This document shows, one piece after another, positions 62,431 to 64,000 of a stretch of 64,000 bases of DNA; the stretch's first letter is position 1; every line of letters starts with the position of its first letter. The position numbers and the translations under genes were made by a program. The stretch is taken from contig NC_087245.1 in the NCBI RefSeq assembly GCF_037042905.1, positions 32,056,001 to 32,120,000 on the forward strand, written 5' to 3'. The notes under the pieces were generated by a model. That model saw only the letters and a program-made list of their open reading frames with translations, did not search any database and was not told the origin of the DNA. The DNA comes from Lytechinus pictus. Taxonomy: Eukaryota.

Positions 62431-64000
62431 TTTGCTCTCATTTATAAGGTTAACTGCATTGTTGTCAAATTCTCATTTGATCGCTGACATCTTCCCCCGT
62501 CCATATCATTGATATTAGGGAGTTTTTGCAACCACTACCCAGACTTCTTATAGAATGCAGATAATCTATTGTCAAAAGCCCTTCATGACAAAGCAGCCTT
62601 TGTAAAAAATCAGTTAATCAAAACAGCAGTGTCGTCCTGGACTCTGGACAAATGACATGTTTGCAATTTTTCGTCCGGTCCAAATGTTAGGACGATCTGC
62701 TGTCACGGTCCACCAACTTTCGACAAAAACCTATAACCTGTCCATCGTGATTTGACTTGCATTTTCAATAGATTTATCACATTGCAGAATCCTTCCCTGT
62801 TGCAATTGCAAAAACTTATTATGTGCACATCCAAAACATCACATGAACAGAATACAGTCATTCTACTACATTCTAGTCAGTGTGCATAAAAACAATTGTG
62901 TCAGGTTAAAATGAACGGAATTCCTTTCTTTAATGATGGAAACCAGTATAGGTACCTGGAGGATATTCATGAGGAGCCATCAGCTAACTATAGACCATGG
63001 AAAGGATCATGACAGCATTTATTGATGACTAGAGTCTTATGAATAAAATATTGCAGGGAGCTTCTCATATTCTAATTCTCAGTGAACTGCAATTCAAGTA
63101 AAATTCACTTGTAAGTAGGCTTATATAGCTTTATATCTTTCAGTAGTGAGTACTAGTACAAATTTTTTTCTCCCAAATTCGGAACCTGAACATGAAACGC
63201 AAATAGTGTGAAATAGTGTGAATATTTCTAGAAGTGTGTAATTAACATCTGACTTCATGAATAATTTCATGGACATAAAGATTATGATCAATGCTTAATG
63301 ACTTCCAGGGATATTTCACACAATGGAATATGTATTCAGGGATAATGATCTGTCATTAGTCTGTATAATTACATGTAACAAGCGTGCTGACCCAAAATAA
63401 TGATAGTAATATTCCGTTTTTATAGACCTTCATACATCAGACATTTCTAAGTGCTTTCTGCAGATGTAGTTCACTGCAAAGTATTATCATCAATAGCGTT
63501 ATGCAGAGTTACAGCAGGTGTTGGATGATACCTAGAGACTGAAATCCAAGACTAATTTATGGATCAGCGTAATGACCAGTGGTATAGATCACCCATAATG
63601 CATCTCTTCTCACCTGCAGCACTATCTGTTGTGTTATTCTTTCACTGAGAGGAAAATTTCTCTCCACTTTTGGTCTCATCTTCGAATAAACAATTTGGAC
63701 CTCTAATTCACATGACCCCTCCCCCGCCCCGCCATCCTTCTCTTTCTTCTCCTCTTCCTCCCCCCTCTCTCTCTCTCTCCCTCTTCCTCTCTTTCTATCT
63801 CCTCTGTCTGTTTAAACAACTCTTCTCTTCTACTACCCTACTATCTTCTTTCTCTTTATGTTTGTCATTCTCTCTCTCCAAATTTCCTTCCACAACCCTT
63901 CCCTCCTTTCTCCCCCTGTGACCCTGTTGATTGACCATGTAGTACATGGCTTAACAGTCAATTTTGTTTCGGTCTCATTCTTATTCGCCTGTGTTTACGT

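Overview
Eukaryotic, AT-rich, repeat-dense animal genomic DNA. It is most likely an invertebrate deuterostome such as a sea urchin; this is inferred from the repeat types and the protein, not proven. One protein-coding gene explains the window: a minus-strand KCNQ/Kv7 voltage-gated potassium channel of the KCNQ2-5 (KCNQ4/5-like) type. I assembled nine coding exons by hand with GT-AG boundaries and consistent phases: 40541-40102, 13909-13813, 13043-12917, 7688-7513, 6669-6541, 6120-6010, 5426-5331, 4660-4566 and 2543-2344 (or 2278). They encode about 490-512 aa covering the N-terminus, S1-S6, the pore (TVGYGD), helix A/IQ and the A-B linker. The C-terminal exons appear to lie beyond the left edge of the window. 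Probable 5'UTR exons lie at 42.5 kb and 52.7 kb. The rest is intron or upstream DNA containing tRNA-derived SINEs, many non-autonomous DNA transposons (Harbinger-, hAT-, Kolobok-, CACTA- and Helentron-like, several nested), a LINE 3' end and long microsatellites. Almost all entries in the supplied ORF track are spurious. I found no evidence for a new multi-gene system. The best leads are unusual substitutions in the channel, an in-frame alternative donor adding a poly-His segment, complementary microsatellites bracketing exons 2-3, an overlapping uORF, and several well-resolved transposon structures.
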